A stretch of 36,926 bases of DNA from an uncultured Chitinophagales bacterium (GTDB lineage Bacteria > Bacteroidota > Ignavibacteria > UBA10030 > UBA6906): NCBI GenBank assembly GCA_964633855.1, contig CAZWIN010000002.1, positions 1-36,926 of the forward strand, given 5' to 3'. Shown here in pieces: positions 1-8,841 of the stretch (positions within the stretch are counted from its first letter, which is position 1; every line of letters begins with the position of its first letter). Both the position numbers and the translations under genes were made by a program. Below the pieces are notes generated by a model. That model was not told where the DNA came from. It did not search any database and saw nothing but the letters and a program-made list of their open reading frames with translations.

Positions 1-3
1 ATA

Positions 4-29
4 CGGGGGCCTGACGGAACAAGCCCCCG
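4..29 (-). terminator. possible stem-loop 3' of the M16 peptidase pair
   Basis: CGGGGGC (4-10) pairs with GCCCCCG (23-29), giving a 7-bp GC stem with a 12-nt loop. It lies just downstream, on the minus strand, of the stop at 44-46. Any U-tract would lie outside the window. Confidence 0.3.
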
Positions 30-43
30 GGGAGAAACCATAC

Positions 44-1429
44 TTATCCCACAATCTTCCCGAACTGTGCAACCTGCTTCTCCACTTTCTTTCTGTCGCC
101 GGCGATGACTATCATCATTTCCGGATCACGAAGGTACTTTGCTGTCATCTGTTGCACCTGCTCCGGAGTTACAGAGTAGACCGTCTTCACATAGTCGGTG
201 AGGTAGCTTTCCGGAAGTCCGTGCAAATCAAGAAATGAAAGTTGATTGATGATGCCGTTGGGATCGGAGTTCTGCAAAACAAACACACCGGCGAGGTAAT
301 TTTGAATACCACGCAACTCGTCGGCGCTTGGTGGTTCCGCCTGCAAGCGGTCGATTTCATAAAATATTTCCTTGATTGCCGGCCCCGTCACGTCGGTTGT
401 TATGCTTGCAAATTCCGCCCAATATGCATTGCGGTAGCGCGAGGAGATGGAGCTTCCGGGCGAATATGTGTAGCCTTTGTTCTCCCTGATGTTGGAAGTG
501 ATGCGCGAACCAAACGACCCGCCCAGCAGCGAGTTCACCACCTGCAATGCTCTATAGTCGGGGTCGGATGGATCAATGACGGGCAGGCCGATAAAGACGG
601 TGGATTGGGGCACACCCGGGCGATCAACCATGTAAATATTGCGCTGGCATACAGGCTTGGGGATATTCACAACGGCTTCAGCACCGCGCTTCCAACCGGA
701 GAAAGCGGCTCTGATAGCCATCTCCACTTTCTTTGCATCAAACTTTCCGGCAACATACACGTGAGTGCGCACCGCACCGAAATTCGTGTTGTAGAAATCA
801 CGAACCTGCTGTATGGAGTACCCCTCCAGCATTTTTTCTGTTGGGAAGGTTCTGCCATAGGGATGGTTTGGAAACATTACCCCGCGGAATTTTTCCACCG
901 CAATACTGTTCGGGTCTGTTTTCGCAATGCTTAACTCGCGAACCTTGTCGGCTTTCAGGCGCGCCAACTCGGATTCCGGAAACCCGGGAGCGCAAAGCAC
1001 GTCAGCAACGAGCGCAATCATATCGGGCCCGAAATCCGAGAGGACATCGCCGCTGACAATTGTCTGATCATCGCTCACGCTTACGGAAATACTGCCGCCG
1101 ATACGCGCCGCATCCTTCGCGAGCTGCTTTGCGTTTCGTGTTGCAGTTCCCTCCTTCATCATACTTCCAGTTAAATCGGCAAGCCAGATTTCATTTTCGC
1201 CCTCATTCACATTTCCCGTCCGTATCACGGCACGAACAGTGGCCTTCGGAATAGTTCCGTATGGGACGAGTGTGGCGACCAGTCCGTTTTCCAGCGTGAT
1301 TGTTGTTCTTGCCGGCAACGTGAAGTCCTTGGGCGTGGAGCCCTCGGGCGGCGTTTGCTTCTGGGCAACGGCAAAAGCTGAGAGAAAAAGGAGCAGGCAA
1401 ATTGATTGCAGCGTTGTGCTATTTCGCAT
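44..1429 (-). CDS. M16 (pitrilysin) family peptidase, non-catalytic-type subunit
   Basis: 461-aa ORF with an N-terminal signal peptide (LLLFLSAFAVAQ). M16 architecture is recognisable, but the position where HxxEH is expected reads WLADLTGSMMKEGT with no His. It overlaps the stop of the upstream M16 gene by 11 nt, which suggests translational coupling. Confidence 0.85.
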   Translation of the reverse strand: MRNSTTLQSICLLLFLSAFAVAQKQTPPEGSTPKDFTLPARTTITLENGLVATLVPYGTIPKATVRAVIRTGNVNEGENEIWLADLTGSMMKEGTATRNAKQLAKDAARIGGSISVSVSDDQTIVSGDVLSDFGPDMIALVADVLCAPGFPESELARLKADKVRELSIAKTDPNSIAVEKFRGVMFPNHPYGRTFPTEKMLEGYSIQQVRDFYNTNFGAVRTHVYVAGKFDAKKVEMAIRAAFSGWKRGAEAVVNIPKPVCQRNIYMVDRPGVPQSTVFIGLPVIDPSDPDYRALQVVNSLLGGSFGSRITSNIRENKGYTYSPGSSISSRYRNAYWAEFASITTDVTGPAIKEIFYEIDRLQAEPPSADELRGIQNYLAGVFVLQNSDPNGIINQLSFLDLHGLPESYLTDYVKTVYSVTPEQVQQMTAKYLRDPEMMIVIAGDRKKVEKQVAQFGKIVG

Positions 1430-2810
1430 ATTGCTTCTCCTCTTTGGAAAGTACCTTGATGGGGTTAACGGTGAGAATCGTCTGGTTGCTTGTGCGCAGA
1501 TATTCCTGCGCGGTCTTTTGGATCAATTCGGGTGTCACCCGGTCAATCATGGCATCAATGGTATTGATGCGGGACGGGTCATCATCAAAGAGGGCAAAGC
1601 TGGCAAGTAAATCCACCCTGCCGACGCCATAATACCCGGCAAGCTCATTATAGAAGGATGAACGGAATTTTACCTTTGCACGTTCGAGAGTTTCCTTGTC
1701 TATGGGAGCCGAACGCAACTTCTCGATGACCGACTCGGTGACCGCCTTAATGGAATCCGATGATGTCGTATTGTCGTGGAAGAGATACCCCATCCAGAGC
1801 ATCGGGCCGTTGTAGTTGAACATGTTGCCAAGCAGATTGATTCCACCATCAACCGAAGCAGTATATCCGCGCTCCTGTACCAGTGCTTCACGCAGCATGC
1901 TATCGTCCCCCTGCAGCAGTAACTGGTCAATCAGCCCCATTGCATAATACTCGGGAGTGTTTCGCTCGGGCATATGATATGCGAACGAGAAAGCGGGACG
2001 GCTTGCCAGCGAATCATCCTTGCTGAATCGTTTTGCCTGTTCCTGTCTTGGTTCGCTGATGTCGGGTTTTTGAGGTTGCTCCGCGACAGGAATTGCCTCA
2101 AAGTATTTTTTAATCATTGCTTTTGCTTCCGCCGGATCGAAATCACCGGAGACAACAAGCACGGCGTTATTGGGTGAGTAGAATGTTTTGAAGAATGCCT
2201 TGACGTCATCGAGTGTTGCGGCGTCGAGATCGTTCAGGTCACCGTAGAAGTTGTGCGCGTTGTTCCAGTTGGTGTTTGCATACTGCGGCATGTCGAGCCA
2301 CGGGAATCCGCCATACGGCTGGTTCAACACGTTGACCTTGACTTCGTTCTTGACCACGCCCTGCTGATTCGTCAGGTTGTCCTGTGTGATGTTCAATCCG
2401 CGCATACGGTCTGCTTCGGCCCAGAGAATGGTTTCCAGCTTGTGGGCAGGGACAACCTGAAAATAGTTGGTGAAGTCAAAGCGTGTAGAACCGTTCAACA
2501 CTCCGCCGTTTTTTTGCACAAGTTTGATGAATTCCATTTTCCCGAGGTTGTCCGAACCCTGGAACATCATATGTTCAAACAGGTGGGCGAATCCCGTCCT
2601 GTTTTTCGGCTCGATACGGAATCCGATGTTATAGTACACAGCAATGGTGGCTGTCGGGGCAGTAGCGTCCTTTGAAAGAACAACCTTCAGGCCGTTCGAC
2701 AGTTTGTAGTACTCTACCGGAACGGTAAAGCCGGAAGATTCCTGCGTCTGCCTGGAGCATGAAGCCAGCGCCAGGCAGAGGGCGATGACCGGGAGGATGC
2801 GAATCCTCAT
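1419..2810 (-). CDS. M16 family zinc peptidase, catalytic-type subunit, lipoprotein
   Basis: Inverted zinc motif HxxEH is present (GFAHLFEHMMFQG). I prefer the internal ATG at 2810 (MRIRILPVIALCLALASCS, a lipobox) because GGAGG lies 5-9 nt upstream. The ORF-track start at 2894 adds 28 non-signal residues. Confidence 0.9.
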   Translation of the reverse strand: MRIRILPVIALCLALASCSRQTQESSGFTVPVEYYKLSNGLKVVLSKDATAPTATIAVYYNIGFRIEPKNRTGFAHLFEHMMFQGSDNLGKMEFIKLVQKNGGVLNGSTRFDFTNYFQVVPAHKLETILWAEADRMRGLNITQDNLTNQQGVVKNEVKVNVLNQPYGGFPWLDMPQYANTNWNNAHNFYGDLNDLDAATLDDVKAFFKTFYSPNNAVLVVSGDFDPAEAKAMIKKYFEAIPVAEQPQKPDISEPRQEQAKRFSKDDSLASRPAFSFAYHMPERNTPEYYAMGLIDQLLLQGDDSMLREALVQERGYTASVDGGINLLGNMFNYNGPMLWMGYLFHDNTTSSDSIKAVTESVIEKLRSAPIDKETLERAKVKFRSSFYNELAGYYGVGRVDLLASFALFDDDPSRINTIDAMIDRVTPELIQKTAQEYLRTSNQTILTVNPIKVLSKEEKQYAK

Positions 2811-2964
2811 GATGCCTCCAGATATAGTGAGAGAATGTGGGAAAGGGAACGACGAATTACGAGCCTGTTGACCCCAAAAAGGTAACCGGGTCAATGCAGC
2901 AGAAAAACGCCTGTACAGATACGAAGACGGAACGTCAATGTTGCGGGTGACAAAAGAAATTACC

Positions 2965-3390
2965 TCAGGAATTCATTCCTGCTTGGATAAATTTGATGGA
3001 AGAAACGGCGAGGGGTGTTGCCATTATTATGAAAAGCGTACCGATAGTGACCGGTGGAAGGATGCCGGAAGTCCGGAGGATGATACCAAGAGTGATCATT
3101 ATGGCCATTGTAGCATAGCCGCGCCAATCAAGAAACGAAAATACGCATGGTCGGTCAACGGGCGACAAATGAATGCGGTTGAGATGCCTGCTGATAATTC
3201 TCATAAAGACGAAACGAAAGAAAATAATCCCAATGAAGATACCCACGGCAAAAAGCTGTGCATCGCCGCGGAGAAAGAATATTCCCCTGACAAACAATAT
3301 CAACGCCGCGATACCCCACGCGATGCCGCCAAACCACAGAAGCGTGCTTTTGGATACCGCCGGCTTATATGCAGAAAGAAAATTCTCCAT
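2965..3390 (-). CDS. small integral membrane protein, unknown function
   Basis: About 141 aa from the ATG at 3390 (MENFLSAYKP...) with about four hydrophobic helices. This start lies 2 nt after the stop of the upstream vWA gene, whereas the ORF-track start at 3477 would overlap that gene by 85 nt. No family recognised. Confidence 0.55.
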   Translation of the reverse strand: MENFLSAYKPAVSKSTLLWFGGIAWGIAALILFVRGIFFLRGDAQLFAVGIFIGIIFFRFVFMRIISRHLNRIHLSPVDRPCVFSFLDWRGYATMAIMITLGIILRTSGILPPVTIGTLFIIMATPLAVSSIKFIQAGMNS

Positions 3391-3392
3391 TG

Positions 3393-5555
3393 CTATAACA
3401 TTCCACTGCGCTTGCGAATGAACCACTCCAATCCCAGCAGCAGGATTATCATACCGAGCATGTACTTCCAATTCCACACCTCAAGCTCGGTTGTGGTTTG
3501 CACATCGCGTGAGGTCAGAGAGGGATTGGCGGCAATATCAGCAGCAAAGGATTCGAACGAGGCAGGAGTATAATATTTTCCTCCTGTTCTGTACGCAAGT
3601 TGACGGAGAAGAGGGGCATTCATTCTCGTATCCTGAAATTCAAGGTCCACCTCGCCTACAGAGAAGCGGCCGCGGTCTTCGCCAATAGCCGTACCGTCTT
3701 TTGTTGCAACAGAACGAACGGCGTAGTCTCCCGCAGGCAAGCCATCAATGGTCCCTTCATAGCGTCCGCTTCCTATCGGTCTGAGAGTCGTTCCAAATTC
3801 CTGATTGTCCTTTTGTACAACCACCTTGAGCTCTGCATCGTCGACTGGAGTTGCGCTCGCATCATACACTTGGCCGGTGAACTCTACGCGCTCTCCCTGT
3901 GTATAGAGATCTTTTGTGGTTGAGACGCGCACCGGCTTTGAATCATCACGCGTTGTCAGCCACCGGATGCTGTTGGCGAGGAACAGGGAGAGCAGTTTCT
4001 CTGTCTCGGGAGTCCCCTGAACCATGAGCCGCCACCGCCAAAGGCCGTACCCGAGCACAGCAAGTGATTTTTGTTTGTTGACACTGCGCATCAGCAGGAG
4101 AGGCTCATTTGTTGCAACATTGAGCACACGAGCGACACCAATCGTTGTGGCTTCAGCTTTTGCTTTGTATGCCGCCTGTTTCCTGAAAATAGGCGGCAGC
4201 TTATCCCATGCGGCGGCATCGACAGTGCCGGTATTCACAATAGGATTGTTTTTGTGATTGGGGGAGAGTTGAAGGAACACAAATTGTTCAACCTGAGACA
4301 TCCCGGAAGAAACAAAAGGTAATACCGGGGAAAGCGGACGGAGTTTGGGTTCACTTACGGCTTTCCCGTCTATGTAAAGAAGCGGCTTGTTGCGTTCAAC
4401 GGTCGATACCCTGACCGTTTCGAGCATTGCATCCGTTGTTGACGCTGAGGGAAAGCCGATAACAACGAGGCAGTCCGCTGAATCAATCATACTGTCGGTC
4501 AGGTGCCCCTCAACAAAACCAACGGGTGTTTTTTGTGTATAAGAGCGAACCTCCAGATTTTTTTCTTCCCGGAGGGTCTGTTTGATAGTTGAAACGTCGG
4601 GGCTCGGGCTTCCGGCAAGGATCAATACGCGTAACTTGCTTTTCAAAACGCGGACAAAAAAGGTTTTGCGGTTATTATCCGCTGTTAATTCGCCCCGCAG
4701 GGTAGAGATGCGGACACTGTATTTCTTTGTCCCTTCACCTTGTGGCGTATATTTCATGCTGATCGGGTATTCGCGTGTTCCTTCCTGCAGCTCCACGGTG
4801 GAACGGCTAATCTCCTTCCCACCCTCCAACAGCAAGACTTCAACTTTCTCACCGGCAAATCCTGAGCTCTTGAGTGTTACATCAACCGGCACCTCTGTTT
4901 CATTATATACAAGGTCGTTGGTGGCAATCCTGGCGATCAGCACATCCTTTTGTTCTGACGAGTCGCCAATACCGAGGGTATAGAGAGGAAGGCCAAGCAG
5001 CTCTGCTTCATAGACAGGGTTCGGGCCAAGGTTGTAGCTACCGTCGCTCAAAAGCAGGGCTGCGCGAATATTGTTTTGATCTTTTTGTTCTCCAAGCGCC
5101 CGGAGTGCGGCCGAGATATCGGTCGCCTCCTCGTTGAGCCCAAGGGTATCACCGTGCATCAGAGACACATCTCGGAGTTTTGAGCCGAATGTGAATGTCT
5201 TTATCTGCACATTACCAGCAACGCTGGTCAACGCGCCGTTCCGGAGCACGGCCGAGACAACAGACCGCCTGTCAGCGATCTTGTCTTTGATTTGCATGCT
5301 TCTGCTGTTATCCACAAGTAGTGCAATTGTGGCGGGTTGAGTGGCGGTAACAATAAGCCGGAGGAGGGGTTCAAACAACAGAATGAGAATGAGAGAGAGA
5401 GAGGCCCATCGTAGGGTTGCAAGGAGTAATCGCTTCCAGCGGGGAACGGGCGGCACAGTGGTACGATAGAAAAATACCGCGAGTGCGCACGCAACTGCGA
5501 TGATCAGAAGAATGAGAACGGTGGCGACATTGAAACCGAGGTAAATGCTGGGCAT
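3393..5555 (-). CDS. vWA domain-containing membrane protein (Bat/aerotolerance-like partner of MoxR)
   Basis: 720 aa. N-terminal double-TM segment, then a vWA-like region with MIDAS elements DxSxS (LLVDNSRSM), T (EEATDISAAL) and D (LLLSDGSYN). A GLWRWRL motif, Ig-like C-terminal repeats and a C-terminal TM anchor (MLGMIILLLGLEWFIRKR) follow. It sits directly downstream of moxR. Confidence 0.8.
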   Translation of the reverse strand: MPSIYLGFNVATVLILLIIAVACALAVFFYRTTVPPVPRWKRLLLATLRWASLSLILILLFEPLLRLIVTATQPATIALLVDNSRSMQIKDKIADRRSVVSAVLRNGALTSVAGNVQIKTFTFGSKLRDVSLMHGDTLGLNEEATDISAALRALGEQKDQNNIRAALLLSDGSYNLGPNPVYEAELLGLPLYTLGIGDSSEQKDVLIARIATNDLVYNETEVPVDVTLKSSGFAGEKVEVLLLEGGKEISRSTVELQEGTREYPISMKYTPQGEGTKKYSVRISTLRGELTADNNRKTFFVRVLKSKLRVLILAGSPSPDVSTIKQTLREEKNLEVRSYTQKTPVGFVEGHLTDSMIDSADCLVVIGFPSASTTDAMLETVRVSTVERNKPLLYIDGKAVSEPKLRPLSPVLPFVSSGMSQVEQFVFLQLSPNHKNNPIVNTGTVDAAAWDKLPPIFRKQAAYKAKAEATTIGVARVLNVATNEPLLLMRSVNKQKSLAVLGYGLWRWRLMVQGTPETEKLLSLFLANSIRWLTTRDDSKPVRVSTTKDLYTQGERVEFTGQVYDASATPVDDAELKVVVQKDNQEFGTTLRPIGSGRYEGTIDGLPAGDYAVRSVATKDGTAIGEDRGRFSVGEVDLEFQDTRMNAPLLRQLAYRTGGKYYTPASFESFAADIAANPSLTSRDVQTTTELEVWNWKYMLGMIILLLGLEWFIRKRSGML

Positions 5556-5574
5556 GATGGGGTAATTGCGAACC

Positions 5575-5621
5575 TCGAATTGTCAACTACGAATTGTGTG
5601 TCAATCCACAATCGACAATTC
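5575..5621 (-). promoter_or_regulatory. nested inverted repeat in the moxR-vWA intercistronic spacer
   Basis: GAATTGTC (5577-5584) pairs with GACAATTC (5614-5621). An inner pair is ATTGTG (5593-5598) with CACAAT (5607-5612). CGAATTGT and CAATCC are each repeated in the same stretch. Confidence 0.3.
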
Positions 5622-5633
5622 TCAATCCGAAAT

Positions 5634-6641
5634 TCATTCCGTTTCTTTCACCAACCGCTCGACGATGTCAATGGTCGAAACACCATCCGCTTCAGCGTTG
5701 AAGTTGGGGACTATGCGGTGGCGCAACACCGGGCCGGCCATCTGTTTCACATCATGAATGTCTGGAGTGTGGCGCCCTTCGAGAACCGCCCGCACCTTTG
5801 CCCCGAGAATAAGATACTGTGATGCCCTCGGCCCGGCTCCCCAGCTCAGCCAGTCCTTGACAAATTGCGGAGCGAGGCCCGCTTTGGGCCGGGTTTTTGT
5901 CGCGAGCCGTACGGCAAACTCAATAACATTGTCTGCAACCGGTACACGTCGAACCAGGTCCTGATACACCATGATTTGTTTGCCGTTCAATACATGGTTG
6001 ACCGAAGGTGTAAACTGACTGGTTGTTGTTTTGACTATTTGTACTTCCTCGTTCATCAACGGGTACTCGAGCCAGAGATTGAACATAAAGCGGTCAAGCT
6101 GGGCCTCGGGAAGAGGGTACGTTCCTTCCTGCTCGATCGGGTTTTGTGTTGCAAGTACAAAGAATGGTTCGGCCAGCGTATACGTCTGCCCGGCGGCTGT
6201 TACCCTGTGTTCCTGCATCGCTTCGAGAAGTGCAGCCTGTGTTTTGGGCGGTGTACGGTTGATCTCATCGGCAAGAACAATATTTGCAAACACGGGCCCA
6301 TGGACGAACTTGAATGCTTTTGCGCCCGTTGCAACATTCTCTTCAATGATTTCCGTTCCGGTGATGTCGCTCGGCATGAGGTCGGGCGTAAACTGGATGC
6401 GGTTGAATTTCAAGTCGAGTACCTGCGCAAGCGTTCGTATAAGCAATGTCTTTGCAAGGCCCGGTACACCCACGAGCAAACAATGGCCGCGGGCAAGAAG
6501 CGAGATCAGGAGCTGCTCAACAATGACGTCCTGCCCAACAATGACCTTGCCGATTTCCCTGCGAAGGGAATCGTAGGAGTTCTTGAGTTCTTTTGTTGCA
6601 TCAACATCATTCATGGTTGGGGCCGTGGGTGATATAGCCAA
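5634..6641 (-). CDS. moxR: MoxR-family AAA+ ATPase
   Basis: 335 aa with Walker A GVPGLAKT and Walker B-like VLADEINR, a typical MoxR length and sequence. The TTG start at 6641 is preceded by GAGGAAGGAAG. An in-frame ATG at 6614 is an alternative start. Confidence 0.9.
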   Translation of the reverse strand: MAISPTAPTMNDVDATKELKNSYDSLRREIGKVIVGQDVIVEQLLISLLARGHCLLVGVPGLAKTLLIRTLAQVLDLKFNRIQFTPDLMPSDITGTEIIEENVATGAKAFKFVHGPVFANIVLADEINRTPPKTQAALLEAMQEHRVTAAGQTYTLAEPFFVLATQNPIEQEGTYPLPEAQLDRFMFNLWLEYPLMNEEVQIVKTTTSQFTPSVNHVLNGKQIMVYQDLVRRVPVADNVIEFAVRLATKTRPKAGLAPQFVKDWLSWGAGPRASQYLILGAKVRAVLEGRHTPDIHDVKQMAGPVLRHRIVPNFNAEADGVSTIDIVERLVKETE

Positions 6642-6664
6642 TGGGTCTTCCTTCCTCGTTCAGT

Positions 6665-7942
6665 CTATAATCGCGACTGCCAGTAAATTTTGGTTTTCAG
6701 CTCTTCCAACCAGGCCGTGTATTCCCGGTTCTTTTTGAAGTTCAGCGCTATGCTTTCTATCCTCTGATAATCCTGATCAAGTGAGGGTGAGTGGGCAGGC
6801 ACTCTCTTCTTCATCATGACAATGTGATAGCCATCGACACCGCCGGAGGATAATTTTACGGGCTCGGAGATTTCCCCCTCTTTGAGCGTAGCAACAGTAG
6901 AGTAAAAGCGCTTTTCAATCTGGCCAAGCTCGGCCGAACCCAAAGAACCGCCGATCGGAGCAGTTTCGGTGTCTTCAGAATACTTCTTCGCAAGCGAGGC
7001 GAAGCTCTCTCCGGCGAGTGAGCGGCTCCGTATGCCGTTCAGCAGGGCAATCACAGAGTCGTCGTCCGCCTGTGTCCGTTCAACGCGGATGAGAATATGA
7101 CGCGCATGTACCGCCTCGCCACGCCGCTCCATCAGCTCAATGACATGGATACCGAATTTTGTTTCGACCATATCGGAAATTTGCTTTTCCTTGAGGCTGA
7201 ACACCATGCTCTCGAATTCCTTCACAAACTGCCCGCGCCGGACAAGGCCAAGATCGCCGCCCTGATCGGCTGAACCGGGATCCTGTGAATGCCGTTTTGC
7301 CATTTCGCCAAAATCTACTCCCGCTTTGATGCTGTCAATGATAACCTGAAGTTTTTGTCTGGCAATGGTACGCGCTGCCTGGCCGAACTTTGGCTCCATA
7401 TAGATATGGGCAAGCTCCACCTCTTCGGGTATAGTGCCGAGGCTGTCCTTGTATTGCTGGAAAAACTCTTCAACCTCGCGCCGTGTTATCTGCGTAACAC
7501 CGAACCTCTGCTGCTGCAGCCTATTGGCGAGAAGGCTCTTGCGCATTTCATCGCGGAACTCGCGTTTAATCCTGCTGATGGGCATTCCGTAAAGTTCCGA
7601 CAGCTTCTCTTCGGATCCAACCTGCTGAATCCGTTGTTGGATTGTCGCGTCAAGCTGTTGCTGTACCTCGTCATCCGACACGACAACGCTATCCTCGATG
7701 GCTTTTGCCAGGATCAACTTTTCGTTGATCATTGATTGCAACACCTGCCCCTTTAACCCCGGGGTAGACGGGTCAAGTTTGTTGTTGTACACGAAGAATT
7801 GAACCTGCGCGTTGAGTTCGGACTCGAGGATAACCTCGTTGTCAACAACGGCAATAACCCTGTCAAGCACTTGTGCTGTTCCCGGAAGCGTGCAGACAAC
7901 AAAAGTAAGAAGGGAAAAAATTAAATTCCTGAAACTCATCAT
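6665..7942 (-). CDS. surA: SurA-like periplasmic chaperone / parvulin-type peptidyl-prolyl isomerase
   Basis: 425 aa with a signal peptide (LLTFVVCTLPGTAQ). SurA-N-like region (VIAVVDNEVILESEL) and parvulin signatures (AHIYM...GGDLGLV...FGIHVIE and ARHILIRV...GGSLG...DGYHIVM). Confidence 0.85.
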   Translation of the reverse strand: MMSFRNLIFSLLTFVVCTLPGTAQVLDRVIAVVDNEVILESELNAQVQFFVYNNKLDPSTPGLKGQVLQSMINEKLILAKAIEDSVVVSDDEVQQQLDATIQQRIQQVGSEEKLSELYGMPISRIKREFRDEMRKSLLANRLQQQRFGVTQITRREVEEFFQQYKDSLGTIPEEVELAHIYMEPKFGQAARTIARQKLQVIIDSIKAGVDFGEMAKRHSQDPGSADQGGDLGLVRRGQFVKEFESMVFSLKEKQISDMVETKFGIHVIELMERRGEAVHARHILIRVERTQADDDSVIALLNGIRSRSLAGESFASLAKKYSEDTETAPIGGSLGSAELGQIEKRFYSTVATLKEGEISEPVKLSSGGVDGYHIVMMKKRVPAHSPSLDQDYQRIESIALNFKKNREYTAWLEELKTKIYWQSRL

Positions 7943-8841
7943 TGTGGCAACTCCTGTGGCTCGGAAACCGTGTCGGGGAGCTCTATGCCCAACTCGACCC
8001 GGGTTTTTGATCGAAGGCCGGAAAGCAGGCGTTCGTATGCCAGCCGTCGTTGATCTATTAACAACCGGCTGCGGATTTCGTTCCTGATATATTCAAGGTC
8101 GGGCATTTCCCCGATCTGTTTGATGCTGTGCGTCATAACGACGTAGTAACCGGCGTCCGTTTTCAAAACAAATGAGGCCTCATCCTTGGGCAGGCTGCGC
8201 GCGAGCCGCCAGAGCTCATCGGGGTACAGACTGGCCCTTGTGACATATTGACGCGTTGCAGCGAGAAGAAGTTTACGATGAGCAAGGGAATCGCGCTGGA
8301 TGGAAGTCAGGGCAGCGTCCCACGAAGAGCCGCGGAGAATTTCCGAGCGGAAGGTATTTGCAATATCACGATCGCCAAAAAGCGCATAGCTGACATTCAG
8401 CACATCTTCGCGCAAAAGAAACGCGGAAGCCCCTGAGTTGTACATCGTGGCGATAGCATCTTCGTTCACGGCCGCACTGTCTTCGATATAAACGACATTA
8501 TCCAGAAGAGCCTGGATGGCGAGCCTCTTGCGTATGGATTCCAGTTCCTTCCGCAATTGGTCGGAGTCGGCGAATCCTTTCCTTGCAGCTTCCTGGTAAA
8601 GAAGCTCGGAAGTAATCCATTCGTGAACAAATTTTCTCGTCTCTACAGGCCGCTCAGGGAAAGAATCGTGAATCCCCGCGAGCTCCTCCTCGGTCAACAC
8701 GGCATCGCCAACCCTGGCAATAAATGCCTGCTCTTTTTTTTCTTCCTTGCAGCCGGCAATCGTCAGTGCTAGCACGATGCAACCGCACAGCGTCCTATTG
8801 AGCAGGGGCAAATGCGTTCTTGAGAACCTCTTTGTGTTCAA
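7939..8841 (-). CDS. SurA-N/PpiC-like lipoprotein chaperone with a degenerate parvulin domain
   Basis: 300 aa with a lipobox (LTIAGC) and a SurA_N-like N-terminal part (FIARVGDAVLTEEEL). The C-terminal region is only weakly parvulin-like (GYYVVMTHS). There is a 4-nt ATGA overlap with the downstream surA-like gene. The start is uncertain: TTG at 8841 or TTG at 8811, both overlapping the upstream gene. Confidence 0.7.
   Translation of the reverse strand: MNTKRFSRTHLPLLNRTLCGCIVLALTIAGCKEEKKEQAFIARVGDAVLTEEELAGIHDSFPERPVETRKFVHEWITSELLYQEAARKGFADSDQLRKELESIRKRLAIQALLDNVVYIEDSAAVNEDAIATMYNSGASAFLLREDVLNVSYALFGDRDIANTFRSEILRGSSWDAALTSIQRDSLAHRKLLLAATRQYVTRASLYPDELWRLARSLPKDEASFVLKTDAGYYVVMTHSIKQIGEMPDLEYIRNEIRSRLLIDQRRLAYERLLSGLRSKTRVELGIELPDTVSEPQELPQ

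Noticed and set aside
242-934. 230-aa plus-strand ORF, plus several 60-120-aa ORFs at 667-1632, inside the M16 peptidase genes
   Set aside because: They are entirely antisense or out of frame to ORFs with clear M16 homology. Their composition is Arg/Cys/His-rich and low-complexity, and they have no RBS or recognisable motif.
5865-6632. 255-aa and 181-aa plus-strand ORFs opposite moxR
   Set aside because: They are antisense shadows of a strongly recognisable AAA+ gene. The sequences are Cys/Arg-rich and unlike any family.
8795-8841. 47-nt overlap between the 785-aa and 300-aa chaperone genes as a possible programmed frameshift or gene fusion
   Set aside because: Both proteins have their own lipoprotein signal peptides, and the upstream ORF ends with a normal stop. 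An alternative TTG at 8811 reduces the overlap. I saw no slippery heptamer.
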